In this document: piece after piece, positions 9,696 to 21,100 of the stretch
How positions within the stretch are numbered: position 1 is the stretch's first letter
Layout of the letters: the number at the start of each line of letters is the position of its first letter
Assembly: GCA_947168515.1 (NCBI GenBank)
Contig: CAMVMF010000002.1
Location: 62,504 to 126,503, forward strand
Reading direction: 5' to 3'
Length of the DNA stretch: 64,000 nucleotides
Source: an uncultured Bacteroidales bacterium
GTDB taxonomy: Bacteria; Bacteroidota; Bacteroidia; Bacteroidales; P3
Program-made: the position numbers and the translations under genes
Notes under the pieces: generated by a model
Database searches by the model: none
What the model was told of the DNA's origin: nothing
The model's input: the letters and a program-made list of their open reading frames with translations, nothing else

Positions 9696-10688
9696 TTATT
9701 TCTGTTCGTCGAGGGGTTTGTTGGCGGTTTTGCCACCGGGTTTGGAAATGCTTTCGCGCATGTCGGTGTCGGCTTGGATGTTTTTCATGCGATAGTAGTC
9801 CATGATGCCAAGATTGCCGCTGCGGAAAGCTTCTGCCATGGCTTTGGGTACTTCGGCCTCAGCCTCGATGACTCGTGCACGGGCTTCCTGTGCCTTGGCC
9901 TTCATCTCCTGTTCGGAAGCTACGGCCATGGCTCTCCTCTCTTCGGCCTTGGCCTGTGCGATGTTTTTGTCGGCATTGGCCTGGTCCATCTGCAGCTGGG
10001 CACCGATGTTTTTGCCCACATCGATGTCGGCGATATCGATAGAGAGAATCTCAAAAGCAGTACCGCTGTCCAATCCTTTGGCAAGCACTAGCTTGGAGAT
10101 GGTGTCGGGGTTTTCTAGCACCTGTTTGTGGGTTTCGGCGGAACCAATAGCGGTGACAATACCTTCACCGACACGGGCCAGGATGGTTTCCTCGCCAGCA
10201 CCACCGACCAACTGTTTGATGTTGGTGCGGACGGTGACACGGGCCTTGGCAATCAGTTGGATACCATTCATGGCAACAGCGGCTACGGGAGGGGTGTCAA
10301 TCACTTTGGGGTTTACAGAAGTCTGTACTGCCTTCAGCACATCGCGGCCTGCCAGGTCAATGGCCGTGGCCGTATGGAAGTCGAGGTTCATATTGGCCTT
10401 GTTGGCTGAGATAAGGGCCTGAACCACATTGCTGACGTTACCACCTGCCAGATAATGTGCCTCCAGTTCGTTCTGTGATAGTTTCAGGCCTGCTTTGGCA
10501 CCATTGATCAAATTGTTGACAATAATGCTAGGAGGTACTTTTCTGAAGCGCATGAACATGAGCTGGATAAGAGAGGTGTGCACACCTGATACCAGTGCCT
10601 GGAACCAAAGTCCTACAGGAACCAAGTAAAGGAAAAGGCAGAGTAGGATAAATATCACTACCGCCAAGATAATAGTTGTTGTTGACAT
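9696..10688 (-). CDS. floA: Flotillin-like protein FloA (SPFH/band-7, UPF0365)
   Basis: N-terminal TM helix followed by [10 protein letters not shown]...[14 protein letters not shown] and [17 protein letters not shown]. The C-terminus is Ala/Glu-rich and helical. The gene is paired with an upstream NfeD gene, as in yqeZ-yqfA operons. Confidence 0.85.
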   Translation of the reverse strand: MSTTTIILAVVIFILLCLFLYLVPVGLWFQALVSGVHTSLIQLMFMRFRKVPPSIIVNNLINGAKAGLKLSQNELEAHYLAGGNVSNVVQALISANKANMNLDFHTATAIDLAGRDVLKAVQTSVNPKVIDTPPVAAVAMNGIQLIAKARVTVRTNIKQLVGGAGEETILARVGEGIVTAIGSAETHKQVLENPDTISKLVLAKGLDSGTAFEILSIDIADIDVGKNIGAQLQMDQANADKNIAQAKAEERRAMAVASEQEMKAKAQEARARVIEAEAEVPKAMAEAFRSGNLGIMDYYRMKNIQADTDMRESISKPGGKTANKPLDEQK

Positions 10689-10717
10689 AAGCTGAATTAT
10701 TTAAGGTTAAGCGTTTA

Positions 10718-11224
10718 TTATTCTTCTATACCATTGGGGACGCCTTCGAAACGGTCGTCGTTGGGAACTTCAATGACATCGATTCGATAGCCTTCGATGC
10801 CGACGACTTTGATGGGTCGGTCAGGGTCGATAAATTTATTGATGGCATGCACTTCGACCAGTTGGTCATTGATCAGGGCCTTGCCTGTGGGGGCCAATCG
10901 GGCGATGGTGCGGCCCAAGGAGCCTATAACGATGTTTTGGCCGTCTATTTTATTGACAGAGCCATCTGACTCCTCATTTAGGCTGAACCGTTTCCACGTC
11001 TTGGCTTTGAGGAAGATAATCAGCAGAATGACAGTGATGGCGGTGCAAATGATGAGAATGATGTTGCCCATGGCCTCCCCCCATAACGTATAGCTCTGCC
11101 AAACGCCAACGATGAGGAGACCCAAGCCAAAAATGCCGGCAACACCGCCAGGCAAAGCGACAATCTCAAGGGCCAATAAAACCAGTCCTAAGACTAAGAT
11201 GATGATTAATAGTGTTGTATTCAT
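10718..11224 (-). CDS. NfeD family membrane protein
   Basis: Three or four N-terminal TM helices plus a C-terminal OB-like soluble domain (GRTIARLAPTGKALINDQLVEVHA). It lies immediately upstream of floA. Confidence 0.7.
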   Translation of the reverse strand: MNTTLLIIILVLGLVLLALEIVALPGGVAGIFGLGLLIVGVWQSYTLWGEAMGNIILIICTAITVILLIIFLKAKTWKRFSLNEESDGSVNKIDGQNIVIGSLGRTIARLAPTGKALINDQLVEVHAINKFIDPDRPIKVVGIEGYRIDVIEVPNDDRFEGVPNGIEE

Positions 11225-11281
11225 GGTGTTGTTTTATTGTATTTCTCTACTCTGTGAAATCCGCCTTTTCTTAAGGCGAAT

Positions 11282-11563
11282 TCATTTGACTATTTCAGAA
11301 GTTAGTTGTTTGTCCAACAATGCGGTGTGCATGGGCAGTAAGGTTTCGTAGCTGCCGTGTTTGATAGTGCATTTGCCATGGCAGTGGACCAAAATGGCAC
11401 ATTGCTCAGCCTGAGAGCTGCTGATGCGGCAGATGTCGACGAGGGCTTTGATGACATAGTCAAAGGTATGCACGTCATCGTTGTGCAGCACTAGGCTGCA
11501 ACCAGAGTCTTCGAGTACCGCGGCTTCGCTGTCTGCTTGTGGCGTTATTTTGGTCTTTTCCAT
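11282..11563 (-). CDS. clpS: ATP-dependent Clp protease adaptor ClpS
   Basis: 93 aa. The core is VLHNDDVHTFDYVIKALVDIC...SSQAEQCAILVHCHGK. Confidence 0.85.
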   Translation of the reverse strand: MEKTKITPQADSEAAVLEDSGCSLVLHNDDVHTFDYVIKALVDICRISSSQAEQCAILVHCHGKCTIKHGSYETLLPMHTALLDKQLTSEIVK

Positions 11564-11663
11564 AGTGGTTACCTTTCTTGGGTCGGTAACGTTTTCTCAC
11601 GTTGGAGGAGTATCTGTTCTTGCTGTCTCTTTCGGTTGAAGAAAACGTTCGTTTTTTTGGAGT

Positions 11664-12155
11664 TTATTTAGTGTTGTGTGATTGATTCTTTTCAATGAGT
11701 ACTACGGCATGGGAGCTGATGCCTTCTTCGCGGCCTTCGAATCCCAATCTTTCGGTGGTAGTGGCTTTGACGGATATTTGGTCAATGTCTATATTCAGGA
11801 TATCTGCCATTACCTGCCTCATCCTTGGAATATAAGGGCCTATCTTGGGCTGTTGGGCCACAACAATGCTGTCGATGTTGGCTATTTGGTATCCTTTCTC
11901 TGTCAGGAGCTCTCCGCATTTGCGTAGCAATATCTTGCTGTCGATGTCTTTGTACTGTGGGTCCTTGTCAGGAAAATGTTTGCCGATGTCGCCTAAGGCA
12001 GCGGCACCCAGAAGTGCGTCGCAAATGGCATGGATAAGCACGTCGGCATCGCTGTGTCCGAGCAGTCCCCTGTCGTGGGGGATTTCGATGCCGCCAAGCC
12101 ATAGCTTCCGGCCCGTCACAAGTTGATGAACGTCATATCCAAGTCCTACGCGCAT
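11664..12155 (-). CDS. ispF: 2-C-methyl-D-erythritol 2,4-cyclodiphosphate synthase
   Basis: [10 protein letters not shown]...[31 protein letters not shown], 163 aa. Confidence 0.95.
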   Translation of the reverse strand: MRVGLGYDVHQLVTGRKLWLGGIEIPHDRGLLGHSDADVLIHAICDALLGAAALGDIGKHFPDKDPQYKDIDSKILLRKCGELLTEKGYQIANIDSIVVAQQPKIGPYIPRMRQVMADILNIDIDQISVKATTTERLGFEGREEGISSHAVVLIEKNQSHNTK

Positions 12156-12157
12156 GA

Positions 12158-13357
12158 TCAGGATTTTTTAGATTTAGTAAGGTTGAAAGTGAGTGAGATA
12201 CGGATGGTGTTGGAAAGTGGGTTGCTGCTGAATGCAGTGGTAGGGATAAGGTAAGCAAAGTCGAATTGCATTACGTTGTATTTCAGTGCGAAGCCGACTG
12301 TAGCATATTTGCGCCCACCTTTTGTGTCGTTTTCGTAGAAATAGCCCGCGCGGGCCGCTAAGGTGTTCTTATACCAATATTCGGCACCTACGGAGATCTG
12401 CAGCTCGCGAAGCTCTTCGGAGAAACCGCCGGGGGCATCGTAGAATGACTGGATGATGCCGCGCATGACGCCGGTGCTGTTGTAATCTTCTTTCAGGTTG
12501 CTGTAGTAATTGCTGTATGTGCTGTCGCCAACGGTTACGGGAGGTGTGGGAACCAGCAGCTTGTTGATATCCACCATCAGGCTGATTTTGTTGGATTCGT
12601 CGAGCTCATTGGTATAGCGTGCACCCACGCGCAGATTTGCGGGAAGAAATTCCTGGCGGGAGTCGTCGTCGGAATAAGAGAGCTTGGCACCCATGTTGCT
12701 GACAAAGGCACCCAAGGCAATCTCCTGTGCGCCATCTATTGGGTGCTGCCAGTAGATGCCCAGGTCAGCGGCAAGGCTGCGTCCGGGTTTGGTGGTGACA
12801 TAGCCGCTACCGTCGGAGATATCCTGCCCGTTGGTAAGGTCTGATTGGATGAAACGGCCACTGGCTCCAATAGATAGTTCGTCGTTGAGCTTCATGGCGT
12901 ATGTTACGTCGGCAGCAAATTCATTGGGGTTCAAAAGACCTGTGGAGTTGCCTTCGGTGTTGGTGCTCTGTATTTCACCCAAGGAAAAATAGGTAAGGGA
13001 GGCCGCAATGGTGCTGCGCGTATTGATTCTTTTATAGCCACCCAAATAGAGAAGGTTCATGTCTCCCACTCCTAAGTTGCGGAGCCAAGGGGTATAGGTA
13101 GTGCTGAAACCAAGGTCGCCTTCGATGAAAGCAAATTTTGCATTGTTCCAGTGGGCAGAGTAGATGTCGGGTGTTGTGGCCACGCCAACGTCGCCCAGGG
13201 CTCCGGCGGTAGCATCTGGGGCAATAAGGAGGATGGGCATGCCGGTAGAGATATAGTTTCGTGTTTGACCAGTGAGGGCGGCTGGGGTTTGGGCGTTGGT
13301 GTTGCAGGCAAAGCCTATCAAAAGTATGCCGGCAAGTAATGTTGCGATTCTTTTCAT
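12158..13357 (-). CDS. porV: T9SS outer-membrane beta-barrel protein PorV (LptO)
   Basis: 399-aa OMP with a signal peptide and an aromatic-rich beta-barrel pattern ending ...IRISLTFNL. It lies directly downstream of porU, as in the porU-porV pair of Porphyromonas gingivalis. Confidence 0.75.
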   Translation of the reverse strand: MKRIATLLAGILLIGFACNTNAQTPAALTGQTRNYISTGMPILLIAPDATAGALGDVGVATTPDIYSAHWNNAKFAFIEGDLGFSTTYTPWLRNLGVGDMNLLYLGGYKRINTRSTIAASLTYFSLGEIQSTNTEGNSTGLLNPNEFAADVTYAMKLNDELSIGASGRFIQSDLTNGQDISDGSGYVTTKPGRSLAADLGIYWQHPIDGAQEIALGAFVSNMGAKLSYSDDDSRQEFLPANLRVGARYTNELDESNKISLMVDINKLLVPTPPVTVGDSTYSNYYSNLKEDYNSTGVMRGIIQSFYDAPGGFSEELRELQISVGAEYWYKNTLAARAGYFYENDTKGGRKYATVGFALKYNVMQFDFAYLIPTTAFSSNPLSNTIRISLTFNLTKSKKS

Positions 13358-13428
13358 TAAACTATTTTACCTTGTTGTTTTTTAATAAACGGAGATGGCT
13401 TTTTTTTATTGTTTTAAAAGTGTTTTTT

Positions 13429-16400
13429 TTAGTTGCGTATCACTTTTGTAGTCTGTGTGAGTACTTCGCCTGCGGTAGTGGTTATCGTTACGCGTGCAAT
13501 GTAGATGCCGTTGGGAACCACAATTCCGTTGGCGGCACGAAAGTCCCAGGGGATGGCTATCACGCATCCGCCTGTCGAAAGGGTAGGGGAGAACTGCCGC
13601 AGGTGGCTGCCGCGGATGTCGTAGATATCGACAATGGCCGATTGCACGGCATTGGCCATGTTGTGCTCGATGCGTATGGTGGTGTGGTCGTGGGCGGGAT
13701 TGGGTGCTGAAACAAATTGTCCGATTTGTTTGCGGCGGTCGTTAGCAACCACAAAGTCGATGGTTGCGCTGCCCGAATAGTTAAAGATGTTCCAGCATTT
13801 GAGGGTCAACGTGTGCGGTCCTTCTTCCAGTTTGCCCAACGTATAGAACACCTCGCCGTTGCGGCTATCTTCAATGTCGGGCTCGTAGTAGTCGTTGAGG
13901 GTGACGGTGCTGTATGGGTTGCCGTCAATGATGGCCGTAATATCGTGCCCAATGCCACTTCCGGCAGCGTTGATGCCGATAGAATCGTAGAGATGGGCAT
14001 AGAGTGTGGGGGTCTCGTTGGTAATTCCACCGTTGCGGAAGTTGGTGTCATTGATATAGAGTTTCACTTGAGGGTGCACCTCTGTCAATTCCGTTTCTTC
14101 GTTGAGTCCACCAAACATAATGTTGCCATATTGGCCTGAAGCATCTTCGTTGTCGCTGCGGGCGTAGTGGGATAGTTTGGCATAATCGTAATGGAAAGCC
14201 ACGTCCCTGGGAATGATGAAAGAATAGGAAAAGCGACCGTTACTTACCGCTTCGCGCCCCTTGTACAGAACACTTTTCTGTTGGTAAAAATCCACTTCGG
14301 TGCTGTCGTTGTCGTTGGCCAAAGTGCTGCTTTTTACCTCGCGGTCAAAAACAATGGGGTATATCGTGCCGTTGAAATCAGACATCAACGAGCCGTCGCC
14401 GCTACGTATCTCGCCTTCCACCGTAACGCGCGAAAGAACCTCCGCCGAGTCAGTCACTTCGGGGTCTACTTCACGGCCGTTGATGCTTGTCACCACTACC
14501 TCGTTGGTGGGGATAGAAAGATGCAAGGCTGGGTCTCCCAACAATATGATGCAATGAGAAACAGAGACTTCGTTTTTTGCCATCCGCAAAGCGTCGCCCA
14601 TGGTGTTGTTGGGGTTGAGGGCATAGATGCAGGCTCTGCTGTTGAATGAATGTGAATGGTGGATGGGGCGTGCCGCTGTCAGGATGCCAATGCCAGCAGC
14701 ATCGGCCAACAGAAAGGCCTCGGCACCACAGATGTTGTCCACCAGGTCGTAGTGGCCAAAGGAACAGGTACTGGTGACAAAGAAAATCAGCCTGTCGGTA
14801 TTGGTGTATTTGTCAATGTCGGAAAATTCCATGTAGCGTTCGGTGCCGATGTATTTGTCTGAGCCATGGCCAATGTAATTGAGTAGCAGTGTCCCATAGT
14901 TGAGCCGTTGGCGCAAGGCGTTGTTGACTTCGGGATAGTAGCTGCCATCGGCACCCGACTGCTGGGTGTAGGAGTCGGCAAAGATTTTGTCGATGTTCAG
15001 CTGCGGATAGATTGCCTTAATGTGTTGGGACATCTTTTCGGCATCGCTTGCAAAAACCGAGTCGCTGGGGCTTGACGGATCCGCGTCGTCGGCCAGCAGG
15101 GTCACATAGTTGCGCCAATCGCCCCGCACATTCTTTTGGCCGAAATCGCGTCGGCTCATGTATCCATCTATCTTGTCAACCAAATGCGTTGCTTCTGCCG
15201 CTGTCTTGGCAGGCAACCGACCGATGCTAACGGTCATTTGGCCTTCGAAGATACCTGCCGTGGCCTCATCCAGGTAGCCGTAAATGTCGTCGGAAGGATA
15301 GGCGGCGGTATTGCTCAGTTCCGTACTGGGGTATTGATAAGTGATTGCGGTGAGTTGGTTGGAACCCAAGATGTTTCTATTGTCATAGGTGCCTTTGCCA
15401 AAGAGCAGCAGGTAGCGGGGATTCTGTCCTGTAGGGTCCTTTTGGCGCAAATTGAGCATCATCTGGCGGATGGCCACGGGGTCGGGACTGCCCGAGGAGT
15501 ATTCGTTGAAAACCTCTTCCTGTGTCACGACCATTACTTCCAGTCCCTCTTTTGTCCGGTGCAGATTGGCCAGTCTCTCAGCCTGTTCCTCAAAATGTTT
15601 GTTGGTGACAATTACATATTCTGGCACTTCGGCACCATGAATATCCTGGTTTCCGATGGTTTCAATGCCTGTTGGGTGAGTGGCATGGGCTTTTGTAAAA
15701 GCGACAAAAGTTCTGGGCGTTGCTGTTGGGGCAACGAAACTGAATCCGTTGTTGCCGTCACTTTGTAGGGCAAGGTCGCGTGGTTGGCTAGGCTCCGACA
15801 CGTCCCAGAGGCGCATCCCGTTGGAGTAGCCATTTCCAACAAACTGACTTACAGACCCCCCTTGCATTCTCTGGTCACTTCGAAAGAATTGTTGCCCTCC
15901 GGTGTATCTTAGTGGCACTATGGCACTGAGTTCGATGAAGTCCAGGTATCCCGCAGCACTATTCTCTCTCGGTGAGTAAGTGACTGTCAGCCCCACCTCG
16001 TTACCGTTGTTTCTAACGGATAGATTGTGCTTGAAGGTGTTGTAAGTGGTATGAGCATCCAGATGGTCTGTCCATGTTTCACCATTCGACTGAAAACCAA
16101 ATTGTCCGGAATAGTTGGAAATGTGCGCTAGGCCGTACCTTACCGTGCAGTTGCCCCCATTGGGATACGCGGGAATGGACAGCGAGTAGGTGCGGGAGGA
16201 GAGACTGCTTGAGTATTTGTCTGCCAGCCATAGTTGTCCCCCCTCAACGGGGTTGATGTTTTCTTCGTGGTATAGGGCTACGGCAGTATAGGAGTCGATG
16301 GGGGTTGTGGTGTTGGCTGTGAAAGTAGGGGTTTGAAGGCGTAGCGAGGTGTCGACTTGGTGGTAGTCGGTGGTTAGGTAATAGTAATTGTTGTTCGCAT

Positions 16401-16809
16401 AGGCATGAGGAGTGTATTCAAATAGATGGTCGCTATTAGAATAACGCCATACATTGGGGCATTCGCCATAAAAGAGGATGTAGTCATCTGTCTCGAAGGT
16501 CCCGTTTTTGTTCACGTCCACAACCTCTATGGCTGCGGGCACCAGGTCGCCTGGATGAGTGTCCATGTTGCTCACTTTGAGCATACCTCCTGGGGAACCG
16601 AAAAGAGCAATGTTGCTGCACGGTGTTCCGTAGAGGCTTGCCACATCGGCAGTAGTGATGATGTAAACCCCTGTCGAAGCAATAGGTATCTTATACCATT
16701 CTCCCGAAGCCAATTTAGAGTGTTCGGCATATTGGCTTTGGGCAACAGCCTCTGTGCCACACAGAAGCCCAGCAACGAGGATGCAGGTGAGTAGTTCTCT
16801 TATGCGCAT
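13429..16809 (-). CDS. porU: T9SS C-terminal signal peptidase PorU (peptidase C25 fold)
   Basis: 1126 aa. Gingipain-like catalytic His and Cys contexts are present (LLNYIGHGSDKY and FFVTSTCSFGHYD). There is a signal peptide and a beta-sandwich tail. The gene is adjacent to porV. Confidence 0.85.
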   Translation of the reverse strand: MRIRELLTCILVAGLLCGTEAVAQSQYAEHSKLASGEWYKIPIASTGVYIITTADVASLYGTPCSNIALFGSPGGMLKVSNMDTHPGDLVPAAIEVVDVNKNGTFETDDYILFYGECPNVWRYSNSDHLFEYTPHAYANNNYYYLTTDYHQVDTSLRLQTPTFTANTTTPIDSYTAVALYHEENINPVEGGQLWLADKYSSSLSSRTYSLSIPAYPNGGNCTVRYGLAHISNYSGQFGFQSNGETWTDHLDAHTTYNTFKHNLSVRNNGNEVGLTVTYSPRENSAAGYLDFIELSAIVPLRYTGGQQFFRSDQRMQGGSVSQFVGNGYSNGMRLWDVSEPSQPRDLALQSDGNNGFSFVAPTATPRTFVAFTKAHATHPTGIETIGNQDIHGAEVPEYVIVTNKHFEEQAERLANLHRTKEGLEVMVVTQEEVFNEYSSGSPDPVAIRQMMLNLRQKDPTGQNPRYLLLFGKGTYDNRNILGSNQLTAITYQYPSTELSNTAAYPSDDIYGYLDEATAGIFEGQMTVSIGRLPAKTAAEATHLVDKIDGYMSRRDFGQKNVRGDWRNYVTLLADDADPSSPSDSVFASDAEKMSQHIKAIYPQLNIDKIFADSYTQQSGADGSYYPEVNNALRQRLNYGTLLLNYIGHGSDKYIGTERYMEFSDIDKYTNTDRLIFFVTSTCSFGHYDLVDNICGAEAFLLADAAGIGILTAARPIHHSHSFNSRACIYALNPNNTMGDALRMAKNEVSVSHCIILLGDPALHLSIPTNEVVVTSINGREVDPEVTDSAEVLSRVTVEGEIRSGDGSLMSDFNGTIYPIVFDREVKSSTLANDNDSTEVDFYQQKSVLYKGREAVSNGRFSYSFIIPRDVAFHYDYAKLSHYARSDNEDASGQYGNIMFGGLNEETELTEVHPQVKLYINDTNFRNGGITNETPTLYAHLYDSIGINAAGSGIGHDITAIIDGNPYSTVTLNDYYEPDIEDSRNGEVFYTLGKLEEGPHTLTLKCWNIFNYSGSATIDFVVANDRRKQIGQFVSAPNPAHDHTTIRIEHNMANAVQSAIVDIYDIRGSHLRQFSPTLSTGGCVIAIPWDFRAANGIVVPNGIYIARVTITTTAGEVLTQTTKVIRN

Positions 16810-16910
16810 ATTCTATATAACTCTCTTTCTTGTTTTTTATTGCATTAGTTTTTTTTTGTGCCACCGAATTGTTTGTCTTGCTTCGTGTTAATGCTTGAGG
16901 TACTAGTGCT

Positions 16911-17777
16911 TTATATTATAAGGTTCCCTTTGGCAATAATTCTGGAGCAGCCACCCACAAAGATGCGTCCCTTGTCGTCCAGTTGGGTCGTTACCACGCT
17001 GGGGCGTAGCATCGCTTCGCCTTGAATAAAGTTGCTTTCACCTGGTTGGGAGACAATGCCGTTTACGTGCAAATAGTGCCTCAGTGCCGCATTGGCTGTG
17101 CCCGTGGCCGACTCTTCGTTGACGCCATACAGGGGTGCAAAGTTCCGCACATGGGCCACGCTACTGTCGTTTGTCCCTCGGGTGAGGGCAAAGGCATGCA
17201 CACCTACCACGTTTTTCTCGCGACTGTAGTCGCTCAGGGCATCCATGTCAGGGTGTAGCGCATTCAGCTCTTCAAGGCTTTCAACAGGTAGTATGATGTC
17301 AGGAAGTCCGGTAGAAACGATGGCTATCGGCAGCCGAGGAGGCATTGCCGTCATTATGCGGCATAGGCGTTCTACCTCTTCGGGGTTGTCTATGGTGGCT
17401 ATTAGCTTTGGCTCGGCCATCTGCATCATCACCCTCTCTCCTATCTGTACAGACAAATCGCCTGCAAGCGTGTGGTTTATGCATGTTTCGCCGTCGGGGG
17501 CCAAACCTTCTTGCCGCAGCACCCCAAACGTGGCAATCGTTGCGTGACCGCAGAGGTCCACTTCACTCCGTGGGGTGAAATAGCGGGTGGTGTACTCGGT
17601 GGGACTTTTACATTGCACGAAGGCTGTCTCTGAGTAGCGCAACTCTGCCGCAACTTGCTGCATCAGCTCTTCTGAAGGGAAAGGTGCATCTTGGTCCAGC
17701 AGCACAACACCTGCCGGATTGCCGCCGAAAGGCTGGTCGGTAAAAGCGTCTACAATAAAATAGCGGTATTCCATCAC
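16911..17777 (-). CDS. PhzF family isomerase
   Basis: YFIVDAFTDQPFGGNPAGVVL at the N-terminus, ETAF and CGHATIA motifs, 288 aa. Confidence 0.85.
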   Translation of the reverse strand: MMEYRYFIVDAFTDQPFGGNPAGVVLLDQDAPFPSEELMQQVAAELRYSETAFVQCKSPTEYTTRYFTPRSEVDLCGHATIATFGVLRQEGLAPDGETCINHTLAGDLSVQIGERVMMQMAEPKLIATIDNPEEVERLCRIMTAMPPRLPIAIVSTGLPDIILPVESLEELNALHPDMDALSDYSREKNVVGVHAFALTRGTNDSSVAHVRNFAPLYGVNEESATGTANAALRHYLHVNGIVSQPGESNFIQGEAMLRPSVVTTQLDDKGRIFVGGCSRIIAKGNLII

Positions 17778-18044
17778 CTATATTTTTTTATTCCATAACG
17801 CTATTTTCTGTTTTTTATTGTCCTTATGGTTTCCATGTCCAAGGCTTTCCTTTCATAGACAATTGTGGTTTCGTAACTCTTGCACGATGGTGAAGGGATG
17901 GTGCGTGCTGTTCGAAACTCATTGATTCTTTCGTTGTGTGATTTGCTGATCCTGGTTGTTGCTTTAGCGTCTTGCCACAGAATTGGGTTGAGGGTGAAGA
18001 GCTGTTGGCTGTTTGGGGTTGTGTCAAGGCAGGGCCGCTTAGGC

Positions 18045-18078
18045 AAAAGAAAAGAGGGCGACCGTTGTGGCCGCCCTC
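18045..18078 (-). terminator. Rho-independent terminator of the 2541-aa gene
   Basis: On the minus strand, gagggcggccacaacggtcgccctc is followed by ttttctttt. It starts about 33 nt after the stop codon. Confidence 0.7.
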
Positions 18079-18110
18079 ACAAATAGGGTTAGTGTTCGTT
18101 GAAGTAAAGG

Positions 18111-21100
18111 TTACTTCACGATAAGTTTGCGAACGGCAGTTCCCTGCTTGCCAGTGACACGGACGAAATAGGTGCCTTGTGCATAGCCCTGCAGGTCTAT
18201 GGTCACATTGTCGTTGTTGGCAGTAGTGTGGAACGTTTGGCGGCCGTTGATGTCTAGGATGGTAACCGTGGCTCCGTTTTCAATACCACTGAGGTTGACA
18301 ACGTTGCTGGCGGGATTGGGAAAGAGTGTGAAATCGGCTGTGACAACATCGTCAATGCCTACAGGCTGCTGTTTGAAGAGGACCTCGATTTCGGTGTTCT
18401 CGTTGATAGTGAAGGTGTAGGGGTTGGTGAAGATGGTGTCGGTAGAGCCGGAGAACAGCCAGCCGTTGAAGAGGTATCCGGCTTCAGGAGTGGCGGTGAT
18501 GGTCACTTCGCTGCCGGCATCGTATATGCCGTTGCCCGTGGCCTGACCTTGGAAGGGATTGTAGTCTAACTGAAGAGTGTAGCACTGGACAAAGTTGGCA
18601 ACAATGGCCATGTCGCTGTTGACCTGGAAGGTGTAGGGGTTGTCGGTGCTGACGCGTTCTTCGCCGATATACCATCCGTCGAAGCGTGCAATGCCGTGGG
18701 TGGAGGCACTGACAGTGATACTCTGGCCTTCGGCCACTAGGGTGTCTCCTGAGGGTGATGGGTGTCCGAGGTTGTTGTCAGAGGAAGAAATGTTGACGGT
18801 ATAGTAGACTATGTCTTGCTCGAAGACGGCAGTCAGGGTGATATCGTTGTTGACAATGAAGGTGTAGGGGTTGTCTGTGCTCACCTGGGTGATTCCGTCG
18901 CTCCAGCCCACAAAGTGGTAGCCGTCGTTGGCAGTGGCCGTTGCGGTGAAGGAACTGTTCTCGACAATCGAGGTCACTCCGGCAGGGCTGACAGAACCCA
19001 TGGTGCTGTCGGAGGACAGCAGGGTGACGTCATAGTAGGTGGGTGGCAACCCGGTGGAGATGAGTCTGAGGTCGTCGATGTGGAAGTCGTTGTCGGTGTT
19101 GCTGAGGACAGACTCACCGTAGAAGGCGATGCGAATGGTCTGGCCCATGTAGGAGGTCAGGTCGATGGCCACGGAGTCGGGAATGTTGGACACAGAGTCA
19201 ATCTGGACATCGGCATCTGCGCCGTGGCCAAAGGTGTAGAGAGGTGTCCATGTGGTGCCACCGTTGGCAGTGACCAATACCATGAAACGGTCGTCAGAAC
19301 CAATGGAATCAATGGGGTCGGCGTTGTTGTATTTGGTCAGCGCATAGCGGAAGGAGAACTCGGCAGGAGTACTGAGTGTAAATGAGGGTGTTGCCAACCA
19401 ACGGTAGTTGTTGTTGCCGTAGATGTTGCAGCGCAAGTGTGTCGAACCCATGGCATTGCTGTTGAGGGTGAAGATGTCGGAAGTGACAGGTTCGCTGTTG
19501 ACGGTGTTGGTGGAGTCGATGTAGCGGCCGCGGAACATATCCCAGCAGGGCAGATAGCCATTGGTGTATATGTTGCTGGTGCCAGCAGGAATGCTGCTAA
19601 AGTCCTCGGTCCAGGGAAGGGTGGTAATGGAGGCACAGAGTGTCTGGAAGGCAACGTTGATGGGAGCCGTGACGTTTCCGTCGGGGCAGAGGGAACTGAC
19701 GCTGACGGTGTAGTTAGTGGCAGGTGTCAGACCTGTAAGAGACAGGGTTTGGGAAGTGATGTCGGTGGTGTCGGTTCCGTTAACGATGATGCGGTAGTTG
19801 TTGTTGTAGGTGGTGTCGGTGATGGTGATGTCGGCACTATAAGCAGTGATGTTGCTGACTGTAACAGCACCGGGACGATGGCAGTTGGGTGCGATGATCA
19901 CGCTGAAATCGTCAAGATAGAGACTTGTGTAGCTTCCGTTATAGCGGAGGGCGATAAGGCCGGTGGCGTTGTTGGGGAAACGAGTCTCGAAGGTCTGGTA
20001 GGTGCTGCTGGAGGTGTTGGTGCAGCTTTGCAGCGACACGAAAGAGCTGGCGTTGGAGGGGTCGGTCAAATAGCCGACTTCGACACCTGCGGCACTGGAG
20101 CTGGTCTTCATCATGCTGAAAGTGAAGAGGAGGTTGGCAAGGCTGTCGGCAAAGGGCGGCAGGGCAAGAATAGTAGCTGCGCTAGAAGAGCTGTAGAAGG
20201 TGAGGCACTGGCTGCCGCTGTTGGGATAGCTAGCATTGGTGTTGATGTAGGGGTAGTTGTTCGAGTAGCGGTTCAGTATGGTCCAGCAGGGATCGTTGAA
20301 GGCACTGGTGGCCGAGGAGTAGGTGGACCCGGTGTAACCCTCGAAGCCTTCGCTCCATGGCAGCATGGCAGTGGTGATGAGGCTGCAGGCGGTGGTGAAG
20401 GTGGCTGAAGAACTGTTGCTGACTTCGTTGCCAGAGCAGATGGTAACAGCCGTGAGAGCATAGGTGGTGTTGTAGGTGAGACCGGTGAGTGTAATGGTGT
20501 TTCCGGTAACCTCTATGCTGTCGGTAGGTGAGGTGAAGAGGCGGTAGTGGTTGGTGTTGTTGGCATCGGTAAGGGTGACCGTGGCACTGGTGTCGGTGAT
20601 GTTGCTTACAGCAATGACAGGTGAGCTGCATACGGGTGCATAGTCAACTTCAAGGTCGTCGACCCACCACCAGTAGTTGGCGTTGTTCAACTGTGAGATG
20701 GCAATGCGTGACCCCGCGGGTGCACCGGCAAAGTATGCCTCCACTTGTTGGTAGGTGGTGTAGTCTGCGCAGTTAAACGAAGCGGTCTGGACAAACGAGC
20801 TGCTGTCGGTAGGGTTGGTCAGATAGCCCACGCGGAGAAGTCCGGGGTTGGTGCCGTTCTCAGCCACAATCCACATGGAGAGTCTGAGGCTCTGGATGCT
20901 GTCTTGGAAATAGGGAAGGACGGAGAAGTTGGGGGTCTGGCAGTTGCCGTTGAAACGAAGGGCTTTGCTGCCGCTGTGGACGCGGGAAGAGGTGCTGACG
21001 ACGATTACCTTGCTGTTGCTGTTGCTGTTGGCTATGTAGCTCCAGCAGGGCAGGTTGTTGGTCAGGTCGGTGGCCATATTCTCGAAACCTTCGTTCCAAG